Positions 45,401 through 57,262 of a stretch of 64,000 nt of DNA are shown piece after piece. Numbering within the stretch: position 1 is the stretch's first letter; each line of letters starts with the position of its first letter. The position numbers were made by a program, and so were the translations under genes. Source of the stretch: Rebecca billardiae RCC1528 (Eukaryota > Protista > Haptophyta); the NCBI GenBank assembly GCA_965240325.2, contig OZ251240.1:682001-746000 (forward strand). The letters are read 5' to 3'. The notes under the pieces are model-generated. The model saw only the letters and a list, made by a program, of their open reading frames with translations, ran no database searches and was not told where the DNA came from.

Positions 45401-47191
45401 CAGCCTTCCCGAGGTGACGCAGCGATCCCGCAGTGCCCTCCTTCATGTCTGGGCATCGCTGCCGCCCAAGCTTTGCCGACGAGTGGGTGGCCTGCGGCCG
45501 ACCTGGCGGCAGCGCCAACGCCCGGAGCTTGGCCGCGCTGTGTCCCCGCCAAGCTCTGACCGAGGGCAACAGTGACGCAGTAATCCCATCCCACACCACC
45601 GCCCTAGCCGCCTCACAGCCCGTCTCCGTCGCGGCCGCCGAAGCCGCCGCCGAGCCAGCCACCGTTCCCGAGCCACCGTCACCTCTGCCGAGCTCACGGC
45701 CACTCCGCCGCTCACAGCCATCATCGCCAAATCGCCGCCACCAAGCCCACCACGGACAACCAAGCCCGTCTCCTCCACCCCAGCGCCAAGCCTAGCGCTG
45801 GGTTCGCCACCTTCGCCGCCACCGACTCCGCCCCCGAGCCCACCGCCGCAAAGTCCATAGCCGAGCCCGGCCGCCATCACCGCCACCAAGCCCACCTCGA
45901 GCCTGCCGCTGCCGTCGCCGCTACCGACCCCGCCGCTGAGCCCACCACCGTCATCAACGCCTACATCGCCGCCACAAAGCCCGCCGCTGAGCCCGCAGCC
46001 GTCGCTGCCTACATCGCCGCCAACAAGCCCGCTAGCATCATCGCCGCCATCAGCACCGCCTCCGACCACGCCGCCGAGCTCGATCCCGTCGCCGCCGCCT
46101 CCGCTGCCACCAAGCCGCCGGCAGCCGATCCCACCGCCAAGTCTGCCACGTCAGCCACCGCCGAGCTCACCGCCAAGCCCACCGTCATCGCCAGCACTGA
46201 ACCTGCTATCCTCGCCGCCGCCGAGCCCGCTATCAAGCCCGCCTCCGCCGCCTCCGCCGCCGAGCCCGCCTCCATCCCCACCACCCTCGCTGCCGCCCAG
46301 CCGGCTCGGCCGCCTGCTCCTCTGGCCATCCGCCAAGCGGCCTGCCGGCCGCGGGCCGTGGGCAGCGGGTCGACGGCTCCAGGCGGCTGCGGAGGACGCG
46401 GAGGCCGGTCGCATCCCGGCCAAGGCGTGGGCATCGGCCCGGCGGCTGAGCCCGCCAGCACGCCGGCAAGCGCTCTGATGCCACTCAGCCTCGAGACTGG
46501 CTGCAGAGCTGTCGCGCAACCGTGCCCGGCAAGACACGTGGGTCCGCGCCGAGCGTTCACCGGCCTCCGAACCCGCGCACGCCTCCCAGACCAGGGCCAG
46601 GGCATGCGCCGTCGATCTAACCAGCCGGAAGCAGCTCGACAGCCCCGCTGTGTGCGCGCGCGCCTGCCGGTATGTCCGCTGCCCGCTCGAGGGCGAGCAC
46701 GCGGCGCCTCACCTGTCGACCACGACAGCGCGCCTCGCGTGCACACTCTGACGGCGAGGCCCGGGATCTGGGCAGGCGATGGCACTACCCGCGCCTCCGC
46801 CAAGTCTCGGCCTGGCCGAGGGGCACAACACTGGCCGAGCCCTCGGCCCGGCGCGCCGCCGCCAGCCTGTGCTGAAAAGCCCAAGCCGTGCGCGGCAGGC
46901 CTGCGCGTGCGAGCGGCGATGGGCGTGGGCGGCGTTGCGCGGCGCGAAGTGGGCCAGGGGCATGTCAGCCTCGACTTCGCCGCGTCGCGCGCGGCCGAGC
47001 GCGCGCTCTGCGCGCGGGGCGCGCGACGCGAGGCGGGCGCTCGCGCACGCACGCGGCCATCCCATCCAGCGCCAACGGGCGGCGCCAGCGGAGGGACCTT
47101 CACTCGTCGAACGTGTGAAGGTCCCTCGAGACGTGTGAAGGTCCCAGTGGGAGGGACCTTCACACGAGTCCGAGTTCGGCCGTGCTCCCTC
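42477..47191. mobile_element. Long-TIR foldback element X (848-bp near-perfect arms 42523-43370 and 46344-47191) with an internal tandem copy and cargo
   Basis: The arms differ by only a few substitutions. Terminal hairpin CAGACGGTCTC-TGCTG-GAGACCGTCTG and repeated GGGACCTTCACAC motifs. 42893-43720 is repeated in diverged form at 43726-44533. Confidence 0.9.
45590..46330 (+). pseudogene. Degenerate Ser/Pro-rich (SPPP-type) coding fragment captured inside element X
   Basis: Frame reads PSPPPTPPPSPPPQSP*PSP...SPPPSSTPTSPPQSPPLSPQP with in-frame stops. Confidence 0.45.
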
Positions 47192-49420
47192 CGTCTCTGG
47201 GGAGCCCGGCCCAGAGACGAACTCTGGGCGCCAGCCGCCAAAGACCGTCTCTGCTGGAGACCATTTTCTCGGTGGCGCCACTGGCGCGAGCGCTCCCGGG
47301 GCTGTGCCGCCGCGGGGCTGCTGGCTCCGTTCGCCGCCAAGCGCCATGCCGGCCCCGCCCTGGAACGGCGCTGGCACACGAGACCGCGTACAGTACTGCG
47401 CACCGTGGATGCACTACGCAGCAGCTACGCTGTGCAGCGACTCGCGCGCTCCAACTTGTGGTGCCACGCGCTTGCGCGCTCGCGCGAACGCGTGTGTTCG
47501 AACGCACCTGTGCATGCTCGCACGCGAGAGGTCTGACTTGATGCTGACGAGCGTGGTGGCTCATGGCTCGCGAGGGGAGCCACATGCCACACTCTTTCTC
47601 TCCGCCCCCGAGCCCTCTCTCGCGCGTGGCTGTGACAAGTACACGCGCGCACGTTCTGAGCGCCGCAGCGCAACATGGCGCGCTCACTCACACTTCGCGC
47701 GCACCATCTCCTGCCGCAGACGACCAGCCCGTGCGCGTCGCGCGCCTTGCCCGAAAGGTGTGCGAGCAGCTGACCCGAGCAGATCGATCGCCGGGCGCGC
47801 CGAGCAGTCTGCGCCCACGCCGCTGACCGGCGTGGGCGATGCAGGTTGGCGGATCACCTTACTGCGCGCTGGCCTCGGCGCAGCAGCCAAGTGTCCTGCG
47901 CGGCAGCCCTGGAGGTGCTTGGGGGCGCGCGCTCGGCCGTGGAGGCGCCCGCGCAGGCAAAGTGTATAGCTGAGCAGCCGCGAGAGAGCGCGCAGCGTCC
48001 TTCCATGTCAGGCGCCTCGCTCATAGGCACGTTCAGCACGTCTCGGGGCAGTGCGCGCCAACGCGACGCTGCAGCGGAGCGCAAGTGCCGCAAGTGCCAG
48101 GCGCGGGCAACGGTCAGCCATCCGCGATGCACTCCGTCGTCGGTACGGGTCGGACGAGCCGGCGATGGAATGTGCGATCTAACCTACGCGCAGTGTATGA
48201 CCTCGCACCGTCGAGCAGGGGTTTGATCACGTCCCACCTAGCCTGCGTATTTCTTGCCTGGCACTGTCCACTACTGAGCCACTACTACACGTAACTGTGA
48301 CGATCACCGTCACGGCGGGGCCGACAGCGCGAGCGCGACGGTGCGAGATGCCGAAAGCGGTATGCGCCTAGTTAAAGGATCGCATGGTGACAATATCTCA
48401 CCACCACTTGCCTGGCCAACACGTTTCAAGACAGATAACACAGTGTCCCACTGACCGTTGCCCGCGCCTGGCACTTGCGGCACTTGTGCTCCGCGGCAGG
48501 CGGGCGGCAGCGTCGCGTGGGCGCGCACTGCCCCGAGACGTGCTGAACGTGCCTATGAGCGAGGCGCCTGACATGGAAGGACGCTGCGCGCTCTCTCGCG
48601 GCTGCTCAGCTATACACTTTGCCTGCGCGGGCGCCTCCACGGCCGAGCGCGCGCCCCCAAGCACCTCCAGGGCTGCCGCGCAGGACACTTGGCTGCTGCG
48701 CCGAGGCCAGCGCACAGTAAGGTGATCCGCCAACCTGCATCGCCCACGCCGGTCAGCGGCGTGGGCGCAGACTGCTCGGCGCGCCCGGCGATCGATCTGA
48801 TCGGGTCAGCTGCTCGCACACCTTTCGGGCAAGGCGCGCGACGCGCACGGGCTGGTCGTCTGCGGCAGGAGATGGTGCGCGCGAAGTGTGAGTGAGCGCG
48901 CCATGTTGCGCTGCGGCGCTCAGAACGTGCGCGCGCGTACTTGTCACAGCCACGCGCGAGAGAGGGCTCGGGGGCGGGGAGAAAGAGTGTGGCATGTGGC
49001 TCCCCTCGCGAGCCATGAGCCACCACGCTCGTCAGCATCAAGTCAGACCTCTCGCGTGCGAGCATGCACAGGTGCGTTCGAACACACGCGTTCGCGCGAG
49101 CGCGCAAGCGCGTGGCACCACAAGTTGGAGCGCGCGAGTCGCTGCACAGCGTAGCTGCTGCGTAGTGCATCCACGGTGCGCAGTACTGTACGCGGTCTCG
49201 TGTGCCAGCGCCGTTCCAGGGCGGGGCCGGCATGGCGCTTGGCGGCGAACGGAGCCAGCAGCCCCGCGGCGGCACAGCCCCGGGAGCGCTCGCGCCAGTG
49301 GCGCCACCGAGAAAATGGTCTCCAGCAGAGACGGTCTTTGGCGGCTGGCGCCCAGAGTTCGTCTCTGGGCCGGGCTCCCCAGAGACGGTCTCCAGCAGAG
49401 ACCGTCTGTAAATACGTAGG
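47192..49420. mobile_element. Long-TIR foldback element Y (arms 47192-48117 and 48451-49387, about 330-bp spacer)
   Basis: Near-identical inverted arms. The right terminus AGACGGTCTCCAGCAGAGACCGTCTGTAAATACGTAGG is the reverse complement of the left terminus of X. Confidence 0.9.
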
Positions 49421-49832
49421 GGGGCGCGGGCACCCTTGACTCCCTTGGCAAGGCCGTCCCCTACTTGGTCAGCAGCTGGTGGATGATGTCGTCGCCCGTA
49501 CTTGGCCTCTCGGCTCGGACAGAATTGTTTGTAGTTCAGACTCCCGCCAGCTATTGGAGGTTGGTTACGTCCTAAATTCCCCTTTATAACGGGCTCCGGG
49601 TGATCAGACTGGCGGCCGAAGCCTCCAGCCCGAAATGGGCTTATCGACTCATCGATGAAGAGCCGTCGCTCGTTCCGGTTAGTCGTTGCCAAGGTGCTCA
49701 CGACGACTGTACGCCACGAGAAAACTTGGTCACGTCCTTGCTTTCTTACGGGTACTCGCCTAGGTGCTGCGCCGGAGGCCGCCCGCCGCGCCCCCCGGCC
49801 GTGTGGGCAGCCTGTTCAGTTAGTACGCCGCC

Positions 49833-51993
49833 ATGCGATTCGGCGCCGTGCAGCGGGCGCTCGTCCTCCTCGCGAGTGGCATGCTGCCGCTCGCAATCGG
49901 CGAGCGCGCCGCGCCGTCTCCAGGCCATGCGGGGCATCCCCGCCCGACGAGCCCCATGGGGGTGGGCGCGCTGAAGCGGTACGCGCGCGCCCCGAGCTGC
50001 CGATGCGCTGCAGGCCCGCGCCCCGCGGGCCCGCGCCTCGGGTAAGCCCTCCATGTGGTGCTACGCGCGCTGGTCCTCGCCGTGCACGCGCTGCGCAGGC
50101 GCGGCCGTGCACTTCAAATCACGTACACTGGCAAAGACGGCGGGACGGCCACCGGTGCGGGGGACGGTACCAGTCGGTTCAACGTGAACATGGGGACAAG
50201 CGGCGATGACACCTTCTACGGGGGCAACGGCGGAGCATACAACGCCGGCAACGACGGTGGCAACGTCTACAACTACTTCTATGTGCGTGCGACGCAGTCA
50301 GTCCCAGCGGCGCTGCCTGTGCCCCTGCGCGCGGTCAGACACTGGCGCGCACGGAACAAGTGCGCGGTGCGCCGTGCCAGTCCAGGCTGAATGGCCGAAT
50401 GGCCGGCTGCCGTCCACGCGGACTGGCTGACAGCTACTTCCCTGCCCGCCAGCAGACACACGCACCCGCTTGCCATCGGCTCACACGCGCCCCGGTGTCC
50501 CCGGCTGCGCCAATGCGCGCACTGCCCATCCTCGGCGGTTGCTATCTCGCGCTCCGCGCCGCGCGCACTTGCACCCCTGCGTGCATGATGACGCAGGGAG
50601 GTGCAGGTGGCGACTCCTTTGAGGGAGGCATCGGAGCCTACAGCTACTTGGTGGGGTCGACGGCCTGGTATGGAGGTGGGGCCATCAATACTTTTTTCGG
50701 AGGGGATGGCACCGACTTCCTGGTGGCGGGCAAGGCCAAGGGGGGCAAATCGATCAACACTTTCCACGGTGCGCGCGCGCGTTCCCTCGGCCTCGATGCG
50801 ATCGTCGATCGACGATTGGCCTGCTGCCCACTGCATGGCTGCAGCCTGTCAGCGTCGAGCCCGGGGCGGCACCGTGCACGGCTGCTGCTACTGCTTGCGT
50901 ATCCGATGCGATCGTGCACGCGCCTTTGCCTGCCCTCCGCACGCCTTGCACACTGCCCAGGCGGAGATGGTTTCGACGTCATGCGTGTGGACGACGCGGG
51001 GAAGTACTCCAGGAACTACCTTTTCGGTACGCGCACGGCGCACGCGCCGCTGCTCAAGAAGAAGTGCTGCCGCGCGCTGCGTGCTGCTATCGCTTCAAGC
51101 TCCGGTGCGCGCGCCTGCGCTTGCGCCTGCCCGACCCCGCGCGCAGGGGGCGCTGGCAAGGACTACTTCTTTGCAGACAACGAGGGGCACGACAACTCTG
51201 CTGGATACTTCACCTCGATCTATGCGGTCGACGGCGAGTACGACAAGATCTACGCGAACGATGGTTACTACGACAAGATCTACGCGGACGCCGGCGACTT
51301 TGTGGACGCGGACTCGGGCGATTTCGTCTTTATAGTTGGCCAAGCATCGCCACCGCCGCCATCGCCATCGCCACCGCCACCGCCATCGCCGCCGCCACCA
51401 TCGCCGCCACCGCGAGCTGCTTGTGGCCCCGTGTGCTTCTTCACGGTGTGTGTGCGCGCGTGCCGCGCCCAGCCGCGTGCGCGCACGCATGTGCTCCGTT
51501 GGCGTGAGATTCCCAGAGTCGTGCTGGCGCCCTGCGGACACGCGCTCGTGCATGCGCCCGGCCAGCGAGCTGGGCCGAACGTGGGCCGCCTGCAGCCGCG
51601 TCGCGCACGCGCGTGCTCAGCCGCCGCCCACTCCACCGCGACGCCTGTCTGCCGCGCTGCCCTCGCGGCCGACTGCGCGCGCAGCTGGCAGCCACTCTGC
51701 CCTCTGTCACCAAGACGGTGCTTTGCCGCTTCCTGAACGACTGCCCGGCCGGCGTGCACGCATTCAAGCCCTCGTCCCGCTTCCTCGCGCTGGCGTCAGA
51801 CGACGAGTCCGCTCTGGGTACGGCGGCTCTGGTCGTCGCCGGCGCACTGGGCACCGTGCTCGTCCTCGCGCTCGTCCTCGTCGCCGCTCGCCGCCGCCGC
51901 CTGCCTGCTGCCGCTCCGGCCATTTCCAAGAACATGCCTGTTCAGGATGGCATGACTTCGGTTGCCGAGGAGTCTCGCCAGCCTGCTGCGTGA
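49833..51993 (+). CDS. RTX-like-repeat type I membrane protein, paralog 2; exons 49833-49978, 50099-50282, 50597-50768, 50961-51026, 51147-~51411, last exon ~51684-51993
   Basis: Signal peptide, R-A-L-Q motif, GTSGDD/GGAGGD/GGDGTD/GGDGFD/GGAGKD repeats, DGxYDKIYA repeats, SPPPP stalk and TM GTAALVVAGALGTVLVLALVLVAA-RRRR. The first four introns are phase-consistent GT-AG; the last junction is uncertain. Confidence 0.82.
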
Positions 51994-52063
51994 ACGACCT
52001 GTTTCATTTCAAGCATACAACGATGTATGTCACGGCGACGCTGACGGCGCACATCAGTCAGTC

Positions 52064-53172
52064 CAAGGGAGGTCCGGGCCGGGAGCTCCCAGCGAGCGGC
52101 CGGCGCGACATCACTCCGAACTTTTTCCCTGAGCGCCGGGCGGCGGCGGCGGCGAGGGCGAGTGCTCCGCTGGCGGGGCGCGCACGGGGCGCGGCGCAGC
52201 GGGCGCGGATGTGCCCGCAGAGCCGGCGCGTGCGGACGGGCTGTTGCGGGCGAGCATCTGGCGCCCTCCTGCGCCGCGCATCTTGCGCCACGCCTCTTTC
52301 GCCTCGGCTCAGGGCAGTGCGCACGTGCGCGCCGCCTCAAGGCCAGCCTTGCCTGCACCGCAGCCGACCGCGCGCGCGCCGTGCGCGGCGTGGTCGGGAA
52401 GGAACGGGCGCTGCTGCCGGGCGAGATGGCGACACCATACGCGCACGCATTGCCGCCCCGCCACGCCTTGACGACCGTGTCGTCGGTCCGTTTGCATGCC
52501 TCTTTGACTTGTCACAAATGGCGTGCACGGCCTCGCGGTAGTGACCCTTGTCGGGACGATCATTGAGACACAGAACAGTGCCAGACGGGCGTGCGGGCTA
52601 CTCTTACATGGATGTGCATCACCGCGTGATCATGTAGAAGTGCTGGATGCGACGCTTTCCCCGCGCTGATGCTCTTTCATCATCTTCTTTGAGCTCAGGT
52701 CTGGCTTGGCACGACAAGTGATCAGCACTCGTCCACAGCTGTGCAGATCTATTGCCGTGCCCTGTCGCGGCATCGCAGGGCGGCATGGCGTGTGCGTATG
52801 GCGTCGCCATCTCGCCCGGCAGCAGCGCCCGTTCCTTCCCGACCACGCCGCGCACGGCGCGCGCGCGGTCGGCTGCGGTGCAGGCAAGGCTGGCCTTGAG
52901 GCGGCGCGCACGTGCGCACTGCCCTGAGCCGAGGCGAAAGAGGCGTGGCGCAAGATGCGCGGCGCAGGAGGGCGCCAGATGCTCGCCCGCAACAGCCCGT
53001 CCGCACGCGCCGGCTCTGCGGGCACATCCGCGCCCGCTGCGCCGCGCCCCGTGCGCGCCCCGCCAGCGGAGCACTCGCCCTCGCCGCCGCCGCCGCCCGG
53101 CGCTCAGGGAAAAACTTCGGAGTGATGTCGCGCCGGCCGCTCGCTGGGAGCTCCCGGCCCGGACCTCCCTTG
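52064..53172. mobile_element. Foldback element family F, copy 2, with 7-bp TSD GTCAGTC (P/Galileo-like hallmarks)
   Basis: CAAGGG...CCCTTG termini, about 400-bp inverted arms, and GTCAGTC at 52057-63 and 53173-79. Confidence 0.9.
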
Positions 53173-53322
53173 GTCAGTCACTGAGTCAGTGACTCAGTCA
53201 AGGCCGCCGAGCCTGCGCGGCCTGCGGGCCTTGCGCCACCGGCCGCGCGCACGCGGCGCCTGCACGCCGCTGGACGTCTACTCATCGTCGATGAGTAGAC
53301 GATGAGTATAACTCGTCGTCGT

Positions 53323-53324
<2 letters not shown>

Positions 53325-53368
<44 letters not shown>
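53325..53368. repeat. (AT)n microsatellite
   Basis: Direct observation. Confidence 0.95.
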
Positions 53369-53372
<4 letters not shown>

Positions 53373-53887
53373 TATCTGTTATCAGTTATTCAGATTTCAG
53401 TTAGCCGGAACGGGCATGCGCCGCATGACGGTTATACTGTCGGTTATTGCGGCAGGCGGCGCCACGACTCGGCCCGACTCTCGGCTTAGCCGCATCGTCA
53501 CGACGTTCCGCTATAAGTACTGCTAGCAAAGTACCGTCCTAGTGAGCAGTGACTCCTACTAGTAGTAGTAGTACTAGCCACTCCTACTCCTAGTACAGAA
53601 TAAGTACTCAGACTAGCTAGTTAGCTAGACCTTAGGAGCGGGCTAGGCGTACTGTCCTAGACCTAGTAGTAGGTGGATCGGCGGCCCGACGTCGACGAGG
53701 CCGAGCCATGCCCGTGCCGTGGCCGTAGGCGTAGCAGTCAGCTGTCTGTGCTGTCAGTGCTGTGCCTGGCCCTGTGGCCTGTGGCAGTCTCACGGTGTGA
53801 GTGCCAGGTCTCCCGGCGGACGCGGAGCGCCCGGACGAGTAGTGCGTTGTTTAGCCGGACGAGTAGCTATTAGATAGATAGATAAGC

Positions 53888-54036
<149 letters not shown>

Positions 54037-54560
54037 TTGTGGCGCACGCCCCCCCCCCCCCCCCCCACCCACATCGCACTCCACAAGGACGTCGCCGCGC
54101 GTGACGGGCTGTCTGGGCTCTCCGCCGCCGTGCGCTGGCAAGGGGTGCTCACAGTGCGGAAAGACTGTGGCGTGAACGGTCGCGCGCGGGGTGGCGACGA
54201 ACGGGACCGCGCGATCGCACACACTGACACAGCCGCGCGGGTGGCAAACAGTATGCCGCAGCGCCGCTGCCGCCGCCCAAGCGAGGTCGCGAGCGACTGC
54301 CCTTCGGATCGCGAGCCAGCGCCCCCGCGCCCCTTGCGCCGCCGTGAGAGAAGACCGGGGCCGCCTTGGCGCGACTTTCGTTTCCGAAAGTTCTGACGAC
54401 GCGAGGGTATGGGCGGACACCTAGCCAGGCTGGCTAGGTGTGCGGGCGCACACCTAGCCGCCCAGTGCCGAGGGACACCTAGCCAGGCACGATTTCGCTC
54501 GAGTGCACTCCAACTGGCAAGCCGGGCGGCTCTTTCCATCGATGACGAGTAGTATCTTCA

Positions 54561-55185
54561 TTATGGCCCGCGGTGCAGGGCGGAGCGCGTAGCGTGGAGC
54601 CCCGCCGGGGGCCCTCACTACGTTGTCAAAAAGATCTTTTGATCAAAGAAAAGGGGATGGGGGACGATTTTGAGGGCTGTTGGAGGGTGAGTTTTCGACT
54701 TTTTGAGGGGGGTATGCTGTCCATCACAGCTTAAAAGGCCGCGCCCGCTGCAATTCTTGTATCTACTATGGACGGACGTGGGATCAGATACCCCGGGGGT
54801 GAAACAAGTGAGTATTCCTATCCCTCTTGTATGCTGAAGTACGAGTTTGCCGAGCGACGTTTGATTGTTTTGGGTCGAAAACAGCTATGAAGCCAGATTC
54901 TTTTGAATAGTGCTTGTTCAAATACGTTACCCGTCTGTCTCGATGGATGAACCGCCTCGTCATATTAAAAGAGATTCTTTTCAATGGCGCTTGTCCAACC
55001 AAGTTACCCGTCTGCCTCGATGGATGAACCTCCTCATAATATTGACGAAAGAGATTCTTTTGAATAGCGCTATTTAAAGCCAGTTACCCGCTTGCCTCGA
55101 TGGATGAACCTCGTCCTGTACTCCTGTGCCATAAGCCCATAATGAAAGAGAGGCGCTTGTGAAAACAGGTTACCCGCCCGCCAGC
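54561..55185 (+). mobile_element. Element end with a hairpin terminus and about 78-bp subterminal tandem repeats (Helentron/HINE-like)
   Basis: Terminus shared with 19545. GTTACCCG..TG.CTCGATGGATGAACC at about 54926, 55003 and 55083, with a partial copy at 55169. Confidence 0.5.
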
Positions 55186-56902
55186 GTTTGGATGCCGTGC
55201 AAAGGCGTGCGCGCCGCGCCGGTGCCCTCGCCCCGGTGGCGTGGGCTGGCTGGCTGCTGGTCTCGCCCACGCGCCCCACTCGCCCCAAGCGCGCAACGCC
55301 TGCGGGAAGCCCCGGCACCATACCTAACTAACCTGCGCGTCGACGCCCGTCCCGCTGCCGCGGCCCGCGCCCTCGATCGATCGATCGTCGATCGGACCGC
55401 GTGCGTGCGACTCCGTCCGCGCCCGCGCGCAGGGTGGGAGGGGCTGATGCAGGAGCAGATGCAGGACTACCTCGAAATTGCACGCGACGAGGAGGTGCCC
55501 AGCGCGCACTTTACGCTGCGCGCATCATCGAGTGGTCGCCCAGCGAGCGCGGGCAGCCACCGCCGCCGGCTGACGGCGGGCGCAGCAGCGCAGCTGCCAG
55601 CTGCGGACGCGCAGCGGGCGCGGAGTGGAGGCCGGCGCGGCGGCCGGGCAGCGGCGGCCGGCGCGGCAGCACGCTCGTATACATCGCGGCAGCTACCGCC
55701 GTCGTGCGGGGAAAGCACACGCTCTCGGCGGCTTCCAAGATGCCGACGGGCCACGGCGTGCAGGCTGCGTGCGCGCTGCAGTGGCTGTGTCGAGCTGCTG
55801 CGGCGTGTGCTCGAGGCGCGGCGCTCGCACGGGCTACGCGGGCGCAGCGGGTGCGCGCAGCTGGCGCACGCAGTGCCACGTCCTGCGGCGCCAGTTTGGC
55901 GGCCGTCCGCCCCCCCGAGCTCGAGTTCTGCGCGCTTTGCGACGGCGCGGCCGGCCGCGCCCATCTGCCTGCTTGCTTGGGCACGCCAGCATGGCCGCCG
56001 CCGGGCCTGCTACGCGCGCCGAAGCTGGAGGGCGGAGGAGGGCGCTGGGCTGCTCCTACGGCGTGCTGCAGCCCGGGCAGGCTCTACCGCGGCGCGGCGA
56101 GGCCGTCGCGCCTGCTCGCCGCCGTCAAGTCGCCCGTGCTGCGTGACCCTCGGCCGCACGTGCTCGGCGGCACCGCAGCAGGCGTCCCATACCACGGTAT
56201 GCTCGAGCCGCTGTGCGCACCCAAGGCGCGAGCTGCTCGAGCGGGCCAGGTGGGCCCAGGGGGTGCGCGCAGCTGGCACACGCAGCCCCGCGTCATGGGG
56301 TGTCGGTTTGACGGTCGCCAGCCCCTGTGGGCTCGAGCGCTGTGCGCTTCACCACGGAGGTGCCGGCAGCGCCCCGCGGCGCGCAACGGCGGGGCAGCAT
56401 GGCCGCCGCCGGCGCCGCCGCACATGCCGCCGCTTACGGGCAGTCGAGAGCTTGGGGCAGCACCTACGGCGCATGCTGCAGCTCGGGCGGGCTCTGCCAG
56501 CCTGCTGTGGCGTGATCGCGCATTTTCCAGACCGTCGACTCGCCCGCGCTGCATAATATATTCCATTATTCGTTTGCCGCGCGTGCTCGACGGCGCTCCG
56601 CGCTGCTGCTGCCGCTACGGCCGCGCGTTGGACGGACAGCATATGCCGACGGAGGGTGCACCGCGGGCCCCTAACTACGTTGGTTCTATGGAAGGACCGC
56701 GGAACGCGGTCATTATAAGCAGCATACGTAGCTGTGACAGTAACGTCGTAGTGCTCGGGGCACAGCAGGTCCATGCGAGCCGCGCAGCGCGGGTGGATCG
56801 CGGCTTCAGCAGCTCAAGGCCGCGCTCAAGCTTTACGATCGCGATGCAGGCCATGCTCTGCCACCAACGCCGACTTCGTGTCGACGATCGGGCATAACTG
56901 CC

Positions 56903-56955
56903 GACGACGAATCAGGAGACCCGCGTCGTCCTACCTGTGTCGTTAAATCATATAA
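56903..56955 (+). repeat. Diverged relative of the pogo-type TIR
   Basis: GACGAATCAGGAGA.C.GCG....T..CCTGTGTC.TTAAATCATA. Confidence 0.65.
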
Positions 56956-57187
56956 CCGATTTCGGGCATCCGTGCTCATCAAAGTGATTCTCAAGCAGAA
57001 GTGAGACTTTGACAACTTCATCCCTTCTTCGGAAGTGTCTTCGGAAGCCAGCTCCACCTTTGGTCCTATGAAGTCGAACGTCCTTTGCGAACGGGTCTCG
57101 CTTCGGTACCGCTTCGCAAACTTGACGACTCAAAGTGGCAAAGTCGCTCCGAAGCGAATAAGCCAAAGTACAGGTCGAGGTGGTCAG

Positions 57188-57262
57188 CGGGCGGCGGCGG
57201 CGGCGAGGGCTTCTCCGGCGGCGGGGCGCGCACGGGGGACGGCGCGGCGGGAGCGGATGTGC
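57188..57262 (+). repeat. Fragment of a foldback family F arm
   Basis: GGGCGGCGGCGGCGGCGAGGGC...CGCACGGGG...GCGGATGTGC, as at 41461 and 52138. Confidence 0.65.

Noticed and set aside
41390-49438. Protein-coding genes in the foldback arms (repeated 100-460-aa ORFs)
   Set aside because: No domain motifs, and indels between family copies shift the frames freely.
53275-53301. 13-bp-stem palindrome CGTCTACTCATCG-T-CGATGAGTAGACG as an ncRNA or terminator
   Set aside because: A single copy next to a microsatellite; more likely a repair or fold-back scar, with no functional evidence.
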